A stretch of 64,000 nucleotides of DNA from a virus (taxonomy: Duplodnaviria; Caudoviricetes): positions 17,209-81,208 of the IMG/VR virus record IMGVR_UViG_3300032138_000009. One strand, 5' to 3'. Position 1 is the first letter of the stretch. Every line of letters begins with the position of its first letter. Positions 1 to 10,800 of the stretch are shown piece by piece. The notes under the pieces were generated by a model that had not been told where the DNA came from, did not search any database, and worked only from the letters and a program-made list of their open reading frames with translations. The position numbers and the translations under genes were made by a program.

Positions 1-633
1 GCTTTTGGTAAACAGACTTTGAACTCATTAACAACAGGTAACTACAATTTAGCCATAGGGAGAGGGGCTTTGACCGATTTAAATCAAGCTACAACTAATC
101 TACAATACAATATGGCTATAGGTCCATATGCAGGTCAACATTTACAAACTGGTTCTAACAATGTGTATGTAGGCCCATCTGCTGGACCTTCTGCTAGTAC
201 CTCTGAATCCAACAAACTTTATATTCATAATGCTGCTGGCACTCCACTTATCGGAGGAGACTTCTCGGCGGGCACCGTAACTATAGACGGTACACTAAGC
301 GCTACAGCGAAAAGCTTTAATATAGAGCATCCACTATATAAAGACAAGAGATTAGTGCATGGGTCTCTAGAGGGCCCTGAGCATGGTATATACATCAGGG
401 GCACTATAGAGGCAAAAGAATATGGTTGCGAAATAGAGCTTCCTGAGTACTGGGATGCTATGTGTGAGGATTACTCAGTACAACTCACGCCTCATGGACC
501 TTACACTGTCTACATTAAAGAGAAGCAGAAGGATAAAGTCATGATAGCGTGTACAAATAAAGATTATAAATTTGATTATTATGTTGTTGGTTCAAGGACC
601 GACGAAACATTAGAGGTGGTACAGGATGGTTAA
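1..633 (+). CDS. Tail fibre/adhesin protein, C-terminal part (5'-truncated by the window edge)
   Basis: Frame is open from base 1 (AFGKQTLNSL...). N-x-AIG repeats, then the C-terminal KSFNIEHP..KRLVHGSLEGPE..YIRG motif typical of phage fibre C-termini. Confidence 0.75.
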   Translation, partial: AFGKQTLNSLTTGNYNLAIGRGALTDLNQATTNLQYNMAIGPYAGQHLQTGSNNVYVGPSAGPSASTSESNKLYIHNAAGTPLIGGDFSAGTVTIDGTLSATAKSFNIEHPLYKDKRLVHGSLEGPEHGIYIRGTIEAKEYGCEIELPEYWDAMCEDYSVQLTPHGPYTVYIKEKQKDKVMIACTNKDYKFDYYVVGSRTDETLEVVQDG

Positions 634-3600
634 TGTAACAATCACCCCATTAAGTGGTTCGCTTGCTTTAGATGGAAGTATAGGTACGAAGCCTACTCCA
701 TCTGCAACTACTATAGGATATGTATGGGCTTCGGGAACAAATAATGCTGGCCTTTGGTATACTGATGGAGCTGGAACAACTGCACAACTTAATGCCGCAG
801 CAGGAGGAGGAGATATAGGTGGTACAGTCTCCGATAACTATATTCCCATTGCTGATGGTGATGATACTCTTGCCAACTTTACTCCTGCATATGTAGAAGG
901 GTATAATATTATTATAGGTAGAACTGCACAAAACACAACCACAGATGCAGACGACAATACAATGCTAGGTCACAACGCAGGTTATGCATTAACAACTGGA
1001 GATAGGAATGTTTTTATAGGTAGAAATGCAGGAGACCAAACAACCACTGCTAATAGTAATGTAGCTATAGGAAGATATGCTATGGGTGGTGCAGGAGCTA
1101 CTGTAGCATATTCCGTTGCTATAGGTACTCAAGCTAATAATTCGATAGGAGGTACTTCGACTGGTGTAGGACATATGTCTAATTATGCAGCAGGTCAACA
1201 TAAGACTGCTGTTGGATATCAAGCTAATTTATATCCATCTGGAAATGATAATACAGCTGTAGGTCATCAGGCCCTTCTTGGTGCATCTGCTGGAACTGTC
1301 TCGGCTTATAGTAATGTAGCAATCGGTAAACAAAGTATGGCATCAGCTACTACAGCACATAGCAATGTGGTTGTAGGTAATCTAGCGGGTTATACTCTTA
1401 CAACAGGATATTACAATACTTATATAGGTAAGGACGCAGGAAGTGGTGCCACTACAAGTGCTCACAGTAATGTGGCTGTAGGATTTGATGCATTATCCTC
1501 GAATCATGGTGCAGGAAATGTAGCTATAGGTAGAGGAGCTTTACGTACTACTACAGATGCTAATCAGGTTGCTATAGGATATAGTTCTTTAGCATCTAAT
1601 ACAGCTGGAGAAAAGAACACGGCTGTTGGATATGATACACTTACAACAAACACCACAGGTAATTATAATACTGCTATGGGACATCAAGCGCTCGCATTAA
1701 ACGTTCATGGTGATTATAATACAGCGTTTGGATATAAGGCTTTATTAGCAGCAGCCACTGCTGATGGCACTGGTGGTAATACTGCTATAGGTGGCTATAT
1801 GACTTTAGGAAGTGTAACAGCAGGTATTCGTAATAATGCGATGGGTCATTCTGCTGGACACACACTAACTACAGGTAACTATAATGATTTTATAGGCTAC
1901 CAAGCAGCCTATTCTAATGTACATGGAGATTATAATGTAGCTATAGGAAGAGCTGCTTTATATTATAATACACCTGCTGATGGAGCAGGAAGAAACGTAG
2001 CAATAGGTTCTTGGGCTTCTTATGGTCCCGGCACGACTTTTGCGATGACTGGTACTACAGCTATAGGTTATGCTGCTGGATATTGGACTTCGGGTAACGC
2101 TAATGTTTGGATAGGAGAAGGAGCTGGTTATGGTGGTGAAGCTGTTGGTAATACATCTACTCAATCTGTATCTATAGGTGCTGAATCTTCTAAAGCTATA
2201 ACTACTGCTAATAATCACGTAGCCGTAGGATATGCCGCAGCTAATGATATCACGACTGGGGCTGATGGAGTTTATATAGGAAAAACAGCTGGACAAAAAT
2301 TAACAACCCAGAATTATAATGTTGTTATAGGGGCAGATGCAATGAATGCAGCTACAGGAGTTTCTGATTCAGTTGTTATAGGTAGACAAGCTATGGGTGG
2401 AGCTGCTGCTACAGGAGATGACAATGTTATAATGGGATATAGAGCAGCTTATGATTTAACTACTGGATATAGTAATGTAATAATGGGTCATTCTTCTGCT
2501 GAAAATATAACAGAAGGGCATAAAAATATTATTGCTGGACATTCAGCAGGTGGTGCAATAACTACTGCTCATAGTAATGTAGCCATAGGATATCAAGCTT
2601 TAGACTCAACCACAGTAGGTTCAGAAAACGTAGCAATAGGTGCTTACGCTGGACAAGCTTTGGTTGGAACAACTAGTAGTGTTTATGGAGGTTTTAGTGT
2701 TTTTGTTGGACATACAGCAGGATATCAAATGACAGGTAATGTCAGCTATGGTGGTAACACAATGGTAGGACATGCTGCTGGTTATAGTGCTACTGGAGCT
2801 GATAGGTCCACAGGTATTGGTGCTTCAGCTATGTATTATGCTGATGGTGCAAAATATAATACAGCTGTTGGAAGAGTAGCTGGAGCTTATGCAAAAGGAA
2901 CAGGTAGTACTCATGTAGGAGATTCCTCTGGATATAGAGTTAGTGGTAATTATAATACTTCTGTTGGTTATGAAGCTTTATCAGGTGCTTCGTCAGGAAC
3001 AGGTTATGGAACAGCAAAAGAGAATGTAGCTATAGGAAGGCAAGCACTAGCGAGTGTAACTTCAGCCAACAGAAATACAGTAGCAGGATATACAGCAGGT
3101 TTCTCTATGACAGATGGTCATAACAACAATATATTTGGTTATCAAGCAGGTTACGCTATAACAACTGGCTTCGGTAACGTTCTAAGTGGATACCAGACAG
3201 GTAAAGCTTTAACTGATGGAGTATACAACACCATGACTGGAGTTCAGGCTGGTTTATATGAAACAGGTGATTATAACGTAATGATGGGACATCGCGCTGG
3301 AGAAGGAGGTTCGGGAGACCCTGATACTCTACGCAGTGTTTTTATCGGATATCTTTCAGGATATAGACAATCAGGAGCTAGTTATAACGTAGCTGTAGGA
3401 ACTTATTCCGCAGCAGGTGCTGACTTCTCTGGTGGGTCTAATGTTATGATGGGATATTCAGCAGGGCAGAACGCCACTACAGCTAATGCAAACGTATTTT
3501 TAGGATATTATGCAGGTTCTAGTGGAACTACAGCACAACATAATGTAGTCATAGGAAATCAAGCAGGTCAAGAATTAACTACAGGTACACAAAACGCATT

Positions 3601-6394
3601 TGTAGGAAGTAATTCAGGTAGATATATAACCATAGGCCATAATAACATAGGAATGGGATACGGTGCACTTAATGCACTTGTAGAAGGAGACAAGAATATA
3701 GCAATTGGTTCCTTTGCTGCAAATGCTACAGTATCCGCAGATGGTGTGGGAAACAACATAGCTATAGGTTATCAAGCTATGACTACAAATACCACAGGTG
3801 TAGATAACGTAGTAATAGGTGGTAATGCCTTAGATTCCAACACTGGTGGTAAAAATGTTATTATTGGTACAAATGCAGCTCAAGGTGCAACTACTATGGA
3901 CGCTTCAACGATTATAGGTCATCAAGCAGCAGGTGGTGGCGCCCCAACAGGAGATTATAATACGATTGTTGGATATCAAGCTGGATATGCATTAAATGGT
4001 GCAGTAGAAGCCAATGTGTTCTTGGGACATAGAGCTGGTTATACTAATACTACTGGAGGTAGTAATACATACATAGGTTATACTGCTGGACATTCAGCTA
4101 CTATAGGAGAAAAGAACGTAGCTATAGGACATAGTGCATTATATACTAATGTTGATGGAGATAAAAATATAGCTATAGGTTGGCAAGCTCTGTATTCACT
4201 GGAACCAGCAGGAGATGCAGGTGAAAATACTGCTGTGGGTCATCAAGCAGGTCGTTCTGTAACTACAGGAACAGGTAACGTATTTTTAGGACACAAGGCT
4301 GGTTATAACACAGACCACGACACTGAATCCAACAAATTAGTTATAGCTAATTCAAATACTACAACTCCATTAATTGATGGAGACTTCTCAAGTGCTTCTG
4401 TCACTATAAACGGTAACTTATCTTCTCATCATCTATCACCAGTAGCAGATGATACATATACCTTAGGAACTCCTGCCAAACAATGGCAAGAGTTGCATAT
4501 AAGTGATATAATATATAATAAAGGTTATATTCACATGGCTGATAGCACAGGTTTAGCAGGTACAAATCGAATATATGCTTCTGGTGCTAACTTATACTGG
4601 AACACTTCAAAATTAAATGACCAATCTTCTACAGCAGTGGAAACAGGTACCGTTTGGGAAGGACCAAGCAGTACTACTTATCCATTAGCTTTCGTAGAGG
4701 ACCAAGGAGGTAGATTACTAAGAACTGAAAGTGCTGCTAACTTCCCAGCTTATCTTTCCTATAATACTACAACTGCTTTAATGACTGTACGTAATACATC
4801 TTTCTATACAATGAAATTAGGAGGTAGTGCTGCAATGGGTTCTATCGTTACAGGAGGAGACACTTCAAATTCAGATACAGCTTTAGCTACTAGTAGTTTC
4901 GTTATGGATAATGCAGGAAGTACCAGTCCGGGTGGTTCTGATACTCAAATTCAATTCAATAATGGGGGTGCCTTTGGTGGTGTAAGTGGATTTACTACAA
5001 CTGATGATGGTTCTGACGTTACCTTAACAAGCGCTACAGCTAGTAAACCTGTATTTACAATAGAAAACACTAACGCAGATAATACTCCACCGGGATTAAC
5101 ATTTTATAAAAATACAGCAAGCCCAGCTTCTGGAGACCAAGCAGGTAGTATAAAGTTTGACAGTGAAGAAGCAACAAGCGGCGATAGAAAAACATACTGG
5201 GAAATACAATCTCGTATTAATGACCCTACTAACACAACACCTAACGGTCAATTAAATTTCTATGGACTTGATGGGGACAGTCCCGGTTTTATTCATCAGT
5301 TCCAATTTATAAACAGTCAATTCTCTGTTCTTGATAGCAATGGAGTAGGACCAACAATGTCTTGTACTGGAACAAATGGTGGACAATTTAAAACAGCTGG
5401 TTCAAAGATGAGGCTACAAGCCAAGTCAGATTCTACTGGTGAAATCCACATGATGGCTAATTATGTAGGTATTAACACAACTTCACCTACTAACCTGTTA
5501 TGTGTATCAGGTAATGCTAGCCCAATGAGATTATATGGAACTAGTACTGGTAAAGTAGAGTTCGATGTATCTACTTCTGGAGACTTCACTATAGATTCTG
5601 ATGATGATATAAGATTAGATGCAGGTGGTCAAGATATAGTATTAAAGGGTGCTGGTAGTGAATTTGGTAGATTAACCAACAGTTCTCAAGATTTTATTAT
5701 ACAGAACACTCAGAATGATAAAGATATAATATTTAAAACTGTAGATAATACTTCCACAACAACTGTAATGACTATTGATGGTTCTGAATCAAGAGTAGGC
5801 ATAGGCACAACTGCACCTAACAATACTTTAGAAGTAGCTGGGGTTATTCGTGGTACCAATTATATATGGCAAAAACAAGATGGTACACCCGGAGTATTGT
5901 TTGGGAATGGTGGAGATGCAGATATTTACTATGATGGCACTAATATGATTTTTAACGCAGCTCGTGTTGGTAGTGGTAAAGAATCACACATAACTACTGT
6001 ACATGCTAGTGGAGCTTCGTTTCAAAAAGACTTAGGAGAATCTTTATTTATACGTGCAATTCATGGTGGTTTTGACCAAAATGCAATCTTAGCAGCAGCA
6101 CCTAATATTCAATATGTAGCACCAGCTGGTCCAAGTGCTCCCGGTACCTCCGCCATTCCAACCGAACTACCACTTGCTGAAGCTGGTAATGAAGGTTTAG
6201 AAATAACAGTTATGCAAACATGGGCAGCGGACCCTACGGCGGCCTTACAGGTCCAAGCATCAACTGGTAGTCCGGATGTTATTTATGAAGGGGGAAGTAA
6301 TACTGCCTCAGCAAATGTATCAGTAGCTGCTTATCGAGGAGCAAATAAAACTTTCATTCAGGTTGCGGAGGCTATTTGGGTGGTGAAAGGATGA
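626..6394 (+). CDS. Large tail fibre/adhesin (1922 aa) with many NVAIG-type repeats (YadA-head-like beta-roll)
   Basis: Dozens of N(V/T)A(I/V)G..A repeats; PGGSDTQIQFNNGG and VGIGTTAP fibre motifs; located in the structural module. Confidence 0.8.
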   Translation: MVNVTITPLSGSLALDGSIGTKPTPSATTIGYVWASGTNNAGLWYTDGAGTTAQLNAAAGGGDIGGTVSDNYIPIADGDDTLANFTPAYVEGYNIIIGRTAQNTTTDADDNTMLGHNAGYALTTGDRNVFIGRNAGDQTTTANSNVAIGRYAMGGAGATVAYSVAIGTQANNSIGGTSTGVGHMSNYAAGQHKTAVGYQANLYPSGNDNTAVGHQALLGASAGTVSAYSNVAIGKQSMASATTAHSNVVVGNLAGYTLTTGYYNTYIGKDAGSGATTSAHSNVAVGFDALSSNHGAGNVAIGRGALRTTTDANQVAIGYSSLASNTAGEKNTAVGYDTLTTNTTGNYNTAMGHQALALNVHGDYNTAFGYKALLAAATADGTGGNTAIGGYMTLGSVTAGIRNNAMGHSAGHTLTTGNYNDFIGYQAAYSNVHGDYNVAIGRAALYYNTPADGAGRNVAIGSWASYGPGTTFAMTGTTAIGYAAGYWTSGNANVWIGEGAGYGGEAVGNTSTQSVSIGAESSKAITTANNHVAVGYAAANDITTGADGVYIGKTAGQKLTTQNYNVVIGADAMNAATGVSDSVVIGRQAMGGAAATGDDNVIMGYRAAYDLTTGYSNVIMGHSSAENITEGHKNIIAGHSAGGAITTAHSNVAIGYQALDSTTVGSENVAIGAYAGQALVGTTSSVYGGFSVFVGHTAGYQMTGNVSYGGNTMVGHAAGYSATGADRSTGIGASAMYYADGAKYNTAVGRVAGAYAKGTGSTHVGDSSGYRVSGNYNTSVGYEALSGASSGTGYGTAKENVAIGRQALASVTSANRNTVAGYTAGFSMTDGHNNNIFGYQAGYAITTGFGNVLSGYQTGKALTDGVYNTMTGVQAGLYETGDYNVMMGHRAGEGGSGDPDTLRSVFIGYLSGYRQSGASYNVAVGTYSAAGADFSGGSNVMMGYSAGQNATTANANVFLGYYAGSSGTTAQHNVVIGNQAGQELTTGTQNAFVGSNSGRYITIGHNNIGMGYGALNALVEGDKNIAIGSFAANATVSADGVGNNIAIGYQAMTTNTTGVDNVVIGGNALDSNTGGKNVIIGTNAAQGATTMDASTIIGHQAAGGGAPTGDYNTIVGYQAGYALNGAVEANVFLGHRAGYTNTTGGSNTYIGYTAGHSATIGEKNVAIGHSALYTNVDGDKNIAIGWQALYSLEPAGDAGENTAVGHQAGRSVTTGTGNVFLGHKAGYNTDHDTESNKLVIANSNTTTPLIDGDFSSASVTINGNLSSHHLSPVADDTYTLGTPAKQWQELHISDIIYNKGYIHMADSTGLAGTNRIYASGANLYWNTSKLNDQSSTAVETGTVWEGPSSTTYPLAFVEDQGGRLLRTESAANFPAYLSYNTTTALMTVRNTSFYTMKLGGSAAMGSIVTGGDTSNSDTALATSSFVMDNAGSTSPGGSDTQIQFNNGGAFGGVSGFTTTDDGSDVTLTSATASKPVFTIENTNADNTPPGLTFYKNTASPASGDQAGSIKFDSEEATSGDRKTYWEIQSRINDPTNTTPNGQLNFYGLDGDSPGFIHQFQFINSQFSVLDSNGVGPTMSCTGTNGGQFKTAGSKMRLQAKSDSTGEIHMMANYVGINTTSPTNLLCVSGNASPMRLYGTSTGKVEFDVSTSGDFTIDSDDDIRLDAGGQDIVLKGAGSEFGRLTNSSQDFIIQNTQNDKDIIFKTVDNTSTTTVMTIDGSESRVGIGTTAPNNTLEVAGVIRGTNYIWQKQDGTPGVLFGNGGDADIYYDGTNMIFNAARVGSGKESHITTVHASGASFQKDLGESLFIRAIHGGFDQNAILAAAPNIQYVAPAGPSAPGTSAIPTELPLAEAGNEGLEITVMQTWAADPTAALQVQASTGSPDVIYEGGSNTASANVSVAAYRGANKTFIQVAEAIWVVKG

Positions 6395-6397
6395 GGA

Positions 6398-6411
6398 AAG
6401 CTTTAAATATG
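6398..6411 (+). promoter_or_regulatory. Archaeal BRE/TATA-like promoter (GAAAGCTTTAAATA)
   Basis: Purine-rich BRE followed by TTTAAATA, upstream of the ORF at 6432; the same motif recurs on the - strand near 43232, 46007, 53817 and 56127. Confidence 0.6.
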
Positions 6412-6431
6412 ATAACGGGAGTAAAGTATAT

Positions 6432-6641
6432 ATGAAGGTGCAGGAGCGTGACGAGCTTTTAGTCCGTATGGATGAGCGTGTAAAAACCGTATTCAACCGT
6501 ATGGAAAAGTTTGAAACGCTTTTCACTAATCATTTGCACCACCATCAGATGTGGGAAGATGAAATTAAGCAGTCCATGTGGAGATGGATAGCTATGTTAG
6601 TTGCTCTCGCTGGTGGTACAGGCGCTATGGGGATGATGTAA
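6432..6641 (+). CDS. Small coiled-coil protein with C-terminal transmembrane helix (holin-like candidate)
   Basis: Heptad-like N-terminus; WIAMLVALAGGTGAMGMM hydrophobic tail. Confidence 0.55.
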   Translation: MKVQERDELLVRMDERVKTVFNRMEKFETLFTNHLHHHQMWEDEIKQSMWRWIAMLVALAGGTGAMGMM

Positions 6642-7108
6642 TGGCAGTAAGTATATCATGGAATTCTACATTTAGAAATAGAGTCCGTTTGTTAGCGGGT
6701 ATAGAACAAGAAGAATTAGATAACTCTACAATAGATATATTAGCCAATATAGCTGCTGAATGGTTTAATGAAAACACTAGTGGTACTTTTACTCTTAATG
6801 ACGATAATACTTATGATAATGCTGTTATGTATTATACGTGTTATCTATCGTGCCTCGCCCAGAATGGTGTAGGCGTTGACAGGATTGCTATAGGTGACCT
6901 TCAAGTTTACTACGACACATCCGAATACGAGGTCTGGGAAACTTTAGCTAATCAAGCACTTATCATGAAGAAGAGCTTGAGTATTAAGCGAACTGAATAT
7001 AATGCTGCTCCTTACCTCGGAAAAGTTAACTGGCTCAAGAACGTTAAAGGGGTTGATGCCACTAAGAATATGTATCCGTCGGTAAAGGGAGTAGATTACA
7101 GTGCTTAG
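6641..7108 (+). CDS. Head-tail connector/adaptor (gp6/gp15-like)
   Basis: True start is probably ATG 6641 (TAATG coupling). Helical pattern 'VRLLAGI..EELD...I' and first position in the head-completion block. Confidence 0.6.
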   Translation: MAVSISWNSTFRNRVRLLAGIEQEELDNSTIDILANIAAEWFNENTSGTFTLNDDNTYDNAVMYYTCYLSCLAQNGVGVDRIAIGDLQVYYDTSEYEVWETLANQALIMKKSLSIKRTEYNAAPYLGKVNWLKNVKGVDATKNMYPSVKGVDYSA

Positions 7109-8087
7109 TAATCAAGGAGTTAGGCCCGGTCATGTTAATATGGCAAGAGTTTTACGTCAACTCAGGCATAGGTCTGGACAGAGTCGTATGGTAACTTATC
7201 ATCGACCTGCTATTTATGGTAAAGATAATTATGGGGTAGAAGGAGGTACTATTGTTACTCAAGAACTTTTATATCCTAATTTACCAGCTCTAATACGCCC
7301 TGCAATGACTGCCGACTTTAGATTAGAAAAAGCTGGCGCTAACATTATAGGTGTAGCACGAGTTTATACCCCTAATATGCAAACCATAAAGGGATATTCT
7401 AATTTTGACCAAACAATTACTAATCCTAACTTTGATGAAATAGAGGGCTGGGATAGGTTTATAGATAGCCAAAGAACTATATACCATGTTCCTACTAGCG
7501 GAACCTCTGGATGGACATCTGGGAGCGCAGATGTTACATTTGCATCTGATGGTCAACAAATCACAGCTACATTAGGCACTGATTATAATGGCACGTTTTA
7601 TTTAACTACGGGAGCTCAAAATACGCTAGAAGCTGACAGAATAAAGTTCCAAATAATGGCTAGTGGAGCAAGCAATATAGCGCTCAGTAACTTTAAGAGT
7701 TTTAATGGAGGCACTCAGGATACCAACTATCAAATTAAGTATACACCTGCTTCATTGAGCATACCTACAGGTAGTTGGTTAACTATAGATGTACCATTTG
7801 TCTCAGGAACAGTAGGCAGTGGAACTTCTATATATATGGACGGAACCCGTTATGCTGTAACAGTTACAACAGGCTCTAGTTTTGATTATGAAGCTAATTT
7901 CAGAGATTTTGAATTTAAGGTATCTGGAGCAGCTAGTGGTAATACTGTTATGGTTAGAAATATAAAGTTTTATAAATCTATATCATGGCACGTACATTCA
8001 TTAAAAGAATTAAATAGTGATTTTACTACTTATAATTGTGTGAGAACTCGTGGTAATCGTGATTCTCGTAGGAGGGCTTATTCATAA
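7101..8087 (+). CDS. Head closure/stopper-like protein with an inserted beta-sandwich domain
   Basis: Synteny after the adaptor; beta-rich N- and C-terminal parts flank a T/S/G-rich domain. Confidence 0.5.
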   Translation: MLSNQGVRPGHVNMARVLRQLRHRSGQSRMVTYHRPAIYGKDNYGVEGGTIVTQELLYPNLPALIRPAMTADFRLEKAGANIIGVARVYTPNMQTIKGYSNFDQTITNPNFDEIEGWDRFIDSQRTIYHVPTSGTSGWTSGSADVTFASDGQQITATLGTDYNGTFYLTTGAQNTLEADRIKFQIMASGASNIALSNFKSFNGGTQDTNYQIKYTPASLSIPTGSWLTIDVPFVSGTVGSGTSIYMDGTRYAVTVTTGSSFDYEANFRDFEFKVSGAASGNTVMVRNIKFYKSISWHVHSLKELNSDFTTYNCVRTRGNRDSRRRAYS

Positions 8088-8089
8088 AC

Positions 8090-8578
8090 ATGGCATCTGA
8101 CCACATTAATAACGTAGAGAGAACATTGATTGATAATTTAAGAACCGGGACTTATAGTGGAGGTACTGCTTGGTCTTCCTCAGATATAACAGTGTTCGGA
8201 CAATTTCCTGAACCAGAAGATATTAAATATCCTTGTATGGTAGTAGAAATGGTCGCTAATGGTGTTGATGAACAGTTCATGGGTATGAATGTAGATGGAA
8301 GTACTGGCGAACTTTATGGGATAGGGTTTAGAATTCATTTAGCAGTACAACGAGAAAGTTCTATCACAGTAGGCTCTACCCCTTATAAACAACGTAGACT
8401 ATTAAATTATTTGATGCTTCAAGCAGCTAATGTTCTTATGGATTGTGATTTTTCATCTTCGGGTACTGAAATAGACCAGCGTTCTTTTGGAGGGTTTACT
8501 GAAATCGGATATAATGCCTCTCTTGAGGTGTGGGCGGCTTCCACCACTATGTTACTAGTTTTCAAAAATACAAGATAG
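8090..8578 (+). CDS. Tail terminator/completion protein
   Basis: 162 aa; VFGQFP...YPCMVVE pattern typical of tail terminators; synteny. Confidence 0.6.
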   Translation: MASDHINNVERTLIDNLRTGTYSGGTAWSSSDITVFGQFPEPEDIKYPCMVVEMVANGVDEQFMGMNVDGSTGELYGIGFRIHLAVQRESSITVGSTPYKQRRLLNYLMLQAANVLMDCDFSSSGTEIDQRSFGGFTEIGYNASLEVWAASTTMLLVFKNTR

Positions 8579-8579
8579 T

Positions 8580-10769
8580 ATGACACTAGAAGAATATAAA
8601 GGTAAATATTCTGATACTGAAGCAGGTCAGGACGCATTTGCCACTACTGAGTTTGGTTTTGATATATGGATGCCCTTTGCTAAACAATGGAAACAATCTC
8701 TTACTGATGGTGCCATGACTGAGGGTTCTAATAAGTGGACCGTAGCTCCTAAATCAGTTGGAGCAGAGAGTGCAAATCAAGTGACAAAAGATTGGTCTCC
8801 AATGTTTGACTTATTTAGAGAAAATTTTGATGAAGCTTATAATGCATATCCTAAAACAGCTGCTAGAGTAGCAAGTTCAACAATGGGAAGAGAACTAGGA
8901 AAAATTTTATATGATGCGCAATTAATCCCACCCTCAATCAATAAACAATCAGGAGTGGGAAAATATATGGCAACCACAGGAGAAACTAAAGACTATTTAG
9001 TTATGGAATATTTGGAAAATAATAAAGGTAATACTAAAGATTGGAATGTTGATAATGTTAGTGGTCCAGCTAAATTTTTATCTTCAGGAGCCAAAAAAGG
9101 ATTTTCTGAGTTGAGTGCCCATAGTATTGATTTTTTAGCTGAAACCGACCAAGAAGCTGCTAATTTAGAATATATGTTAGCACGAATGTCTCATAGTTTA
9201 ACTAAGGACCAAAAAAAGGCAGGCTTTTTGGACAATATTCAAGGTATTGAAGTTACGACTGAATTAGGCACTAAATATTTTTCTGACGCATATAATGAGT
9301 TGAGTCATATGGAAAACCCACAAAAACAACTCGAAAAGGGTGCTAAAATTGCAGCTAAAAGAATTATGAAAGAATATAATAAAATAGGTGGTTCTCTTTC
9401 AAACGCATATGGAGAATTAAGTAAAGGTGCAAAGAAAAGGATAGGTCATGGAGGTAAAACTGGTGTTGAGACTGCGTCATATATAGGAGCTCAGTTGGTA
9501 GATAGGTTTTGGGAAGTTACTGAGAGGATGTTTAAACAGACAAACGGTGAACAAATAAAGGGAGGAGCATACTTATACCAAATACCTTTGAAAGGTTCAG
9601 AAATAATGGTTGGAAAAAAAAAGTTGTCACCCCTCATAGGTTTTATAAGAATAGAACCTGTTTTTAAAAAAAATAGTTTTAAAGCTGGTACGGCTCCAAA
9701 TTATGGTGATTTAATATTACAAAAAATAGCGACACAAGCTCTTGTAATAGATATAAGTAGTGTTAAAGGTAAGAGTGCTGATGAAATAGCTGCATTCTTG
9801 GAGACTCTACACGGAGATACAGCTAACCCAAATGTCTTAGGATTAGTGAATAATTGGTTGATGTCAGATGCTCATTTTAATTTAGGAATGTCGCTCGGGG
9901 AAGCTACCGCGCTAGGTAAAGATATGGATGCTCAGGTAGCTAACACAACTGTATTTACTAGTCAAAGGTTAGAGCATATAGGTTCATCATTGTGGGTGTA
10001 TACTCAGGGTGGTGTTGACCATTTATCACCTAAACCATTCGTACAAGCTGTTAAAACTCTTACTACTCCTGAGATTGCTGCAAGTTTAAAAGAGCAATTT
10101 GAAAACTTTTTAAACCCAAAGAAAGGAAAGGCCGGAAAGCAAATGGCTAAGAAATATGCAAAGTTTTACGAAGAAGCAATTAAAAGGTCGCAAGCCATAA
10201 CAAAAATATGGATTAAATCTATTAAACGACAATGGAGTAATTGGAGTGGAGTAAAGAATTCTATCTTTGGAAAATCATACGGATATACAGGTCCAAAATC
10301 TGGAAGAGGGGAGGGTGCCGCAGCTGCTTGGTTTATGAATTATAATAGAGACCCCGGTGGTTGGGCAGAGTTTAAAAGTAAAACAGGTCAAGGTAATATC
10401 CAATATATTTTGAAATTGTTAGGAGGTCAGGAATCTAGCGCAGGACAAATGCCCGGATATAAAAATGCAGTTCCAGTGCAGGGAACAGGAACACCTATGA
10501 TATTAGAAGGAGGACAACTGAGGCCAGCAACTCCTGAGGAAATTACAACAAAACGCGGGGACCAAGGTGTTCGTTGGGCTGACGAGTCTACTCTTGTTGA
10601 TGGACAAGTTGGTGTAGGTACTGATGTATTTCTTCACGGAGGAACACAGATGGGAGGAGGTATTCATAGACCTGAAGCTAGGGGAACTCTTAATCCTTTC
10701 TTAGTTACGAAAGGTCAATTGGAATCACCATTCTGGGGACTATCTGCAAAGGGAAAGAAGATTAAGTAA
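8580..10769 (+). CDS. Hypothetical virion-module protein (729 aa)
   Basis: Long, tightly coupled ORF; no recognised motif. Confidence 0.6.
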   Translation: MTLEEYKGKYSDTEAGQDAFATTEFGFDIWMPFAKQWKQSLTDGAMTEGSNKWTVAPKSVGAESANQVTKDWSPMFDLFRENFDEAYNAYPKTAARVASSTMGRELGKILYDAQLIPPSINKQSGVGKYMATTGETKDYLVMEYLENNKGNTKDWNVDNVSGPAKFLSSGAKKGFSELSAHSIDFLAETDQEAANLEYMLARMSHSLTKDQKKAGFLDNIQGIEVTTELGTKYFSDAYNELSHMENPQKQLEKGAKIAAKRIMKEYNKIGGSLSNAYGELSKGAKKRIGHGGKTGVETASYIGAQLVDRFWEVTERMFKQTNGEQIKGGAYLYQIPLKGSEIMVGKKKLSPLIGFIRIEPVFKKNSFKAGTAPNYGDLILQKIATQALVIDISSVKGKSADEIAAFLETLHGDTANPNVLGLVNNWLMSDAHFNLGMSLGEATALGKDMDAQVANTTVFTSQRLEHIGSSLWVYTQGGVDHLSPKPFVQAVKTLTTPEIAASLKEQFENFLNPKKGKAGKQMAKKYAKFYEEAIKRSQAITKIWIKSIKRQWSNWSGVKNSIFGKSYGYTGPKSGRGEGAAAAWFMNYNRDPGGWAEFKSKTGQGNIQYILKLLGGQESSAGQMPGYKNAVPVQGTGTPMILEGGQLRPATPEEITTKRGDQGVRWADESTLVDGQVGVGTDVFLHGGTQMGGGIHRPEARGTLNPFLVTKGQLESPFWGLSAKGKKIK

Positions 10770-10785
10770 ACTTTAACATAAGAGC

Positions 10786-10800
10786 ATAAGCTTTATATAG
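10786..10800 (+). promoter_or_regulatory. TATA-like promoter for the tail tube operon
   Basis: ATAAGCTTTATATAG in the intergenic gap; GAGGT SD before ATG 10870. Confidence 0.5.

Noticed and set aside
626-6394. Fibre repeats as a diversity-generating retroelement target
   Set aside because: No reverse transcriptase in the window and no TR/VR pair differing only at adenines was seen; the repeats are protein-level.
6578-6640. Track start at 6578 for the adaptor gene, and similar 5' extensions at 23249, 38049, 54484, 58326 and 62901
   Set aside because: Internal ATGs with SD or stop-start coupling fit better; the extensions run through other genes or promoters.
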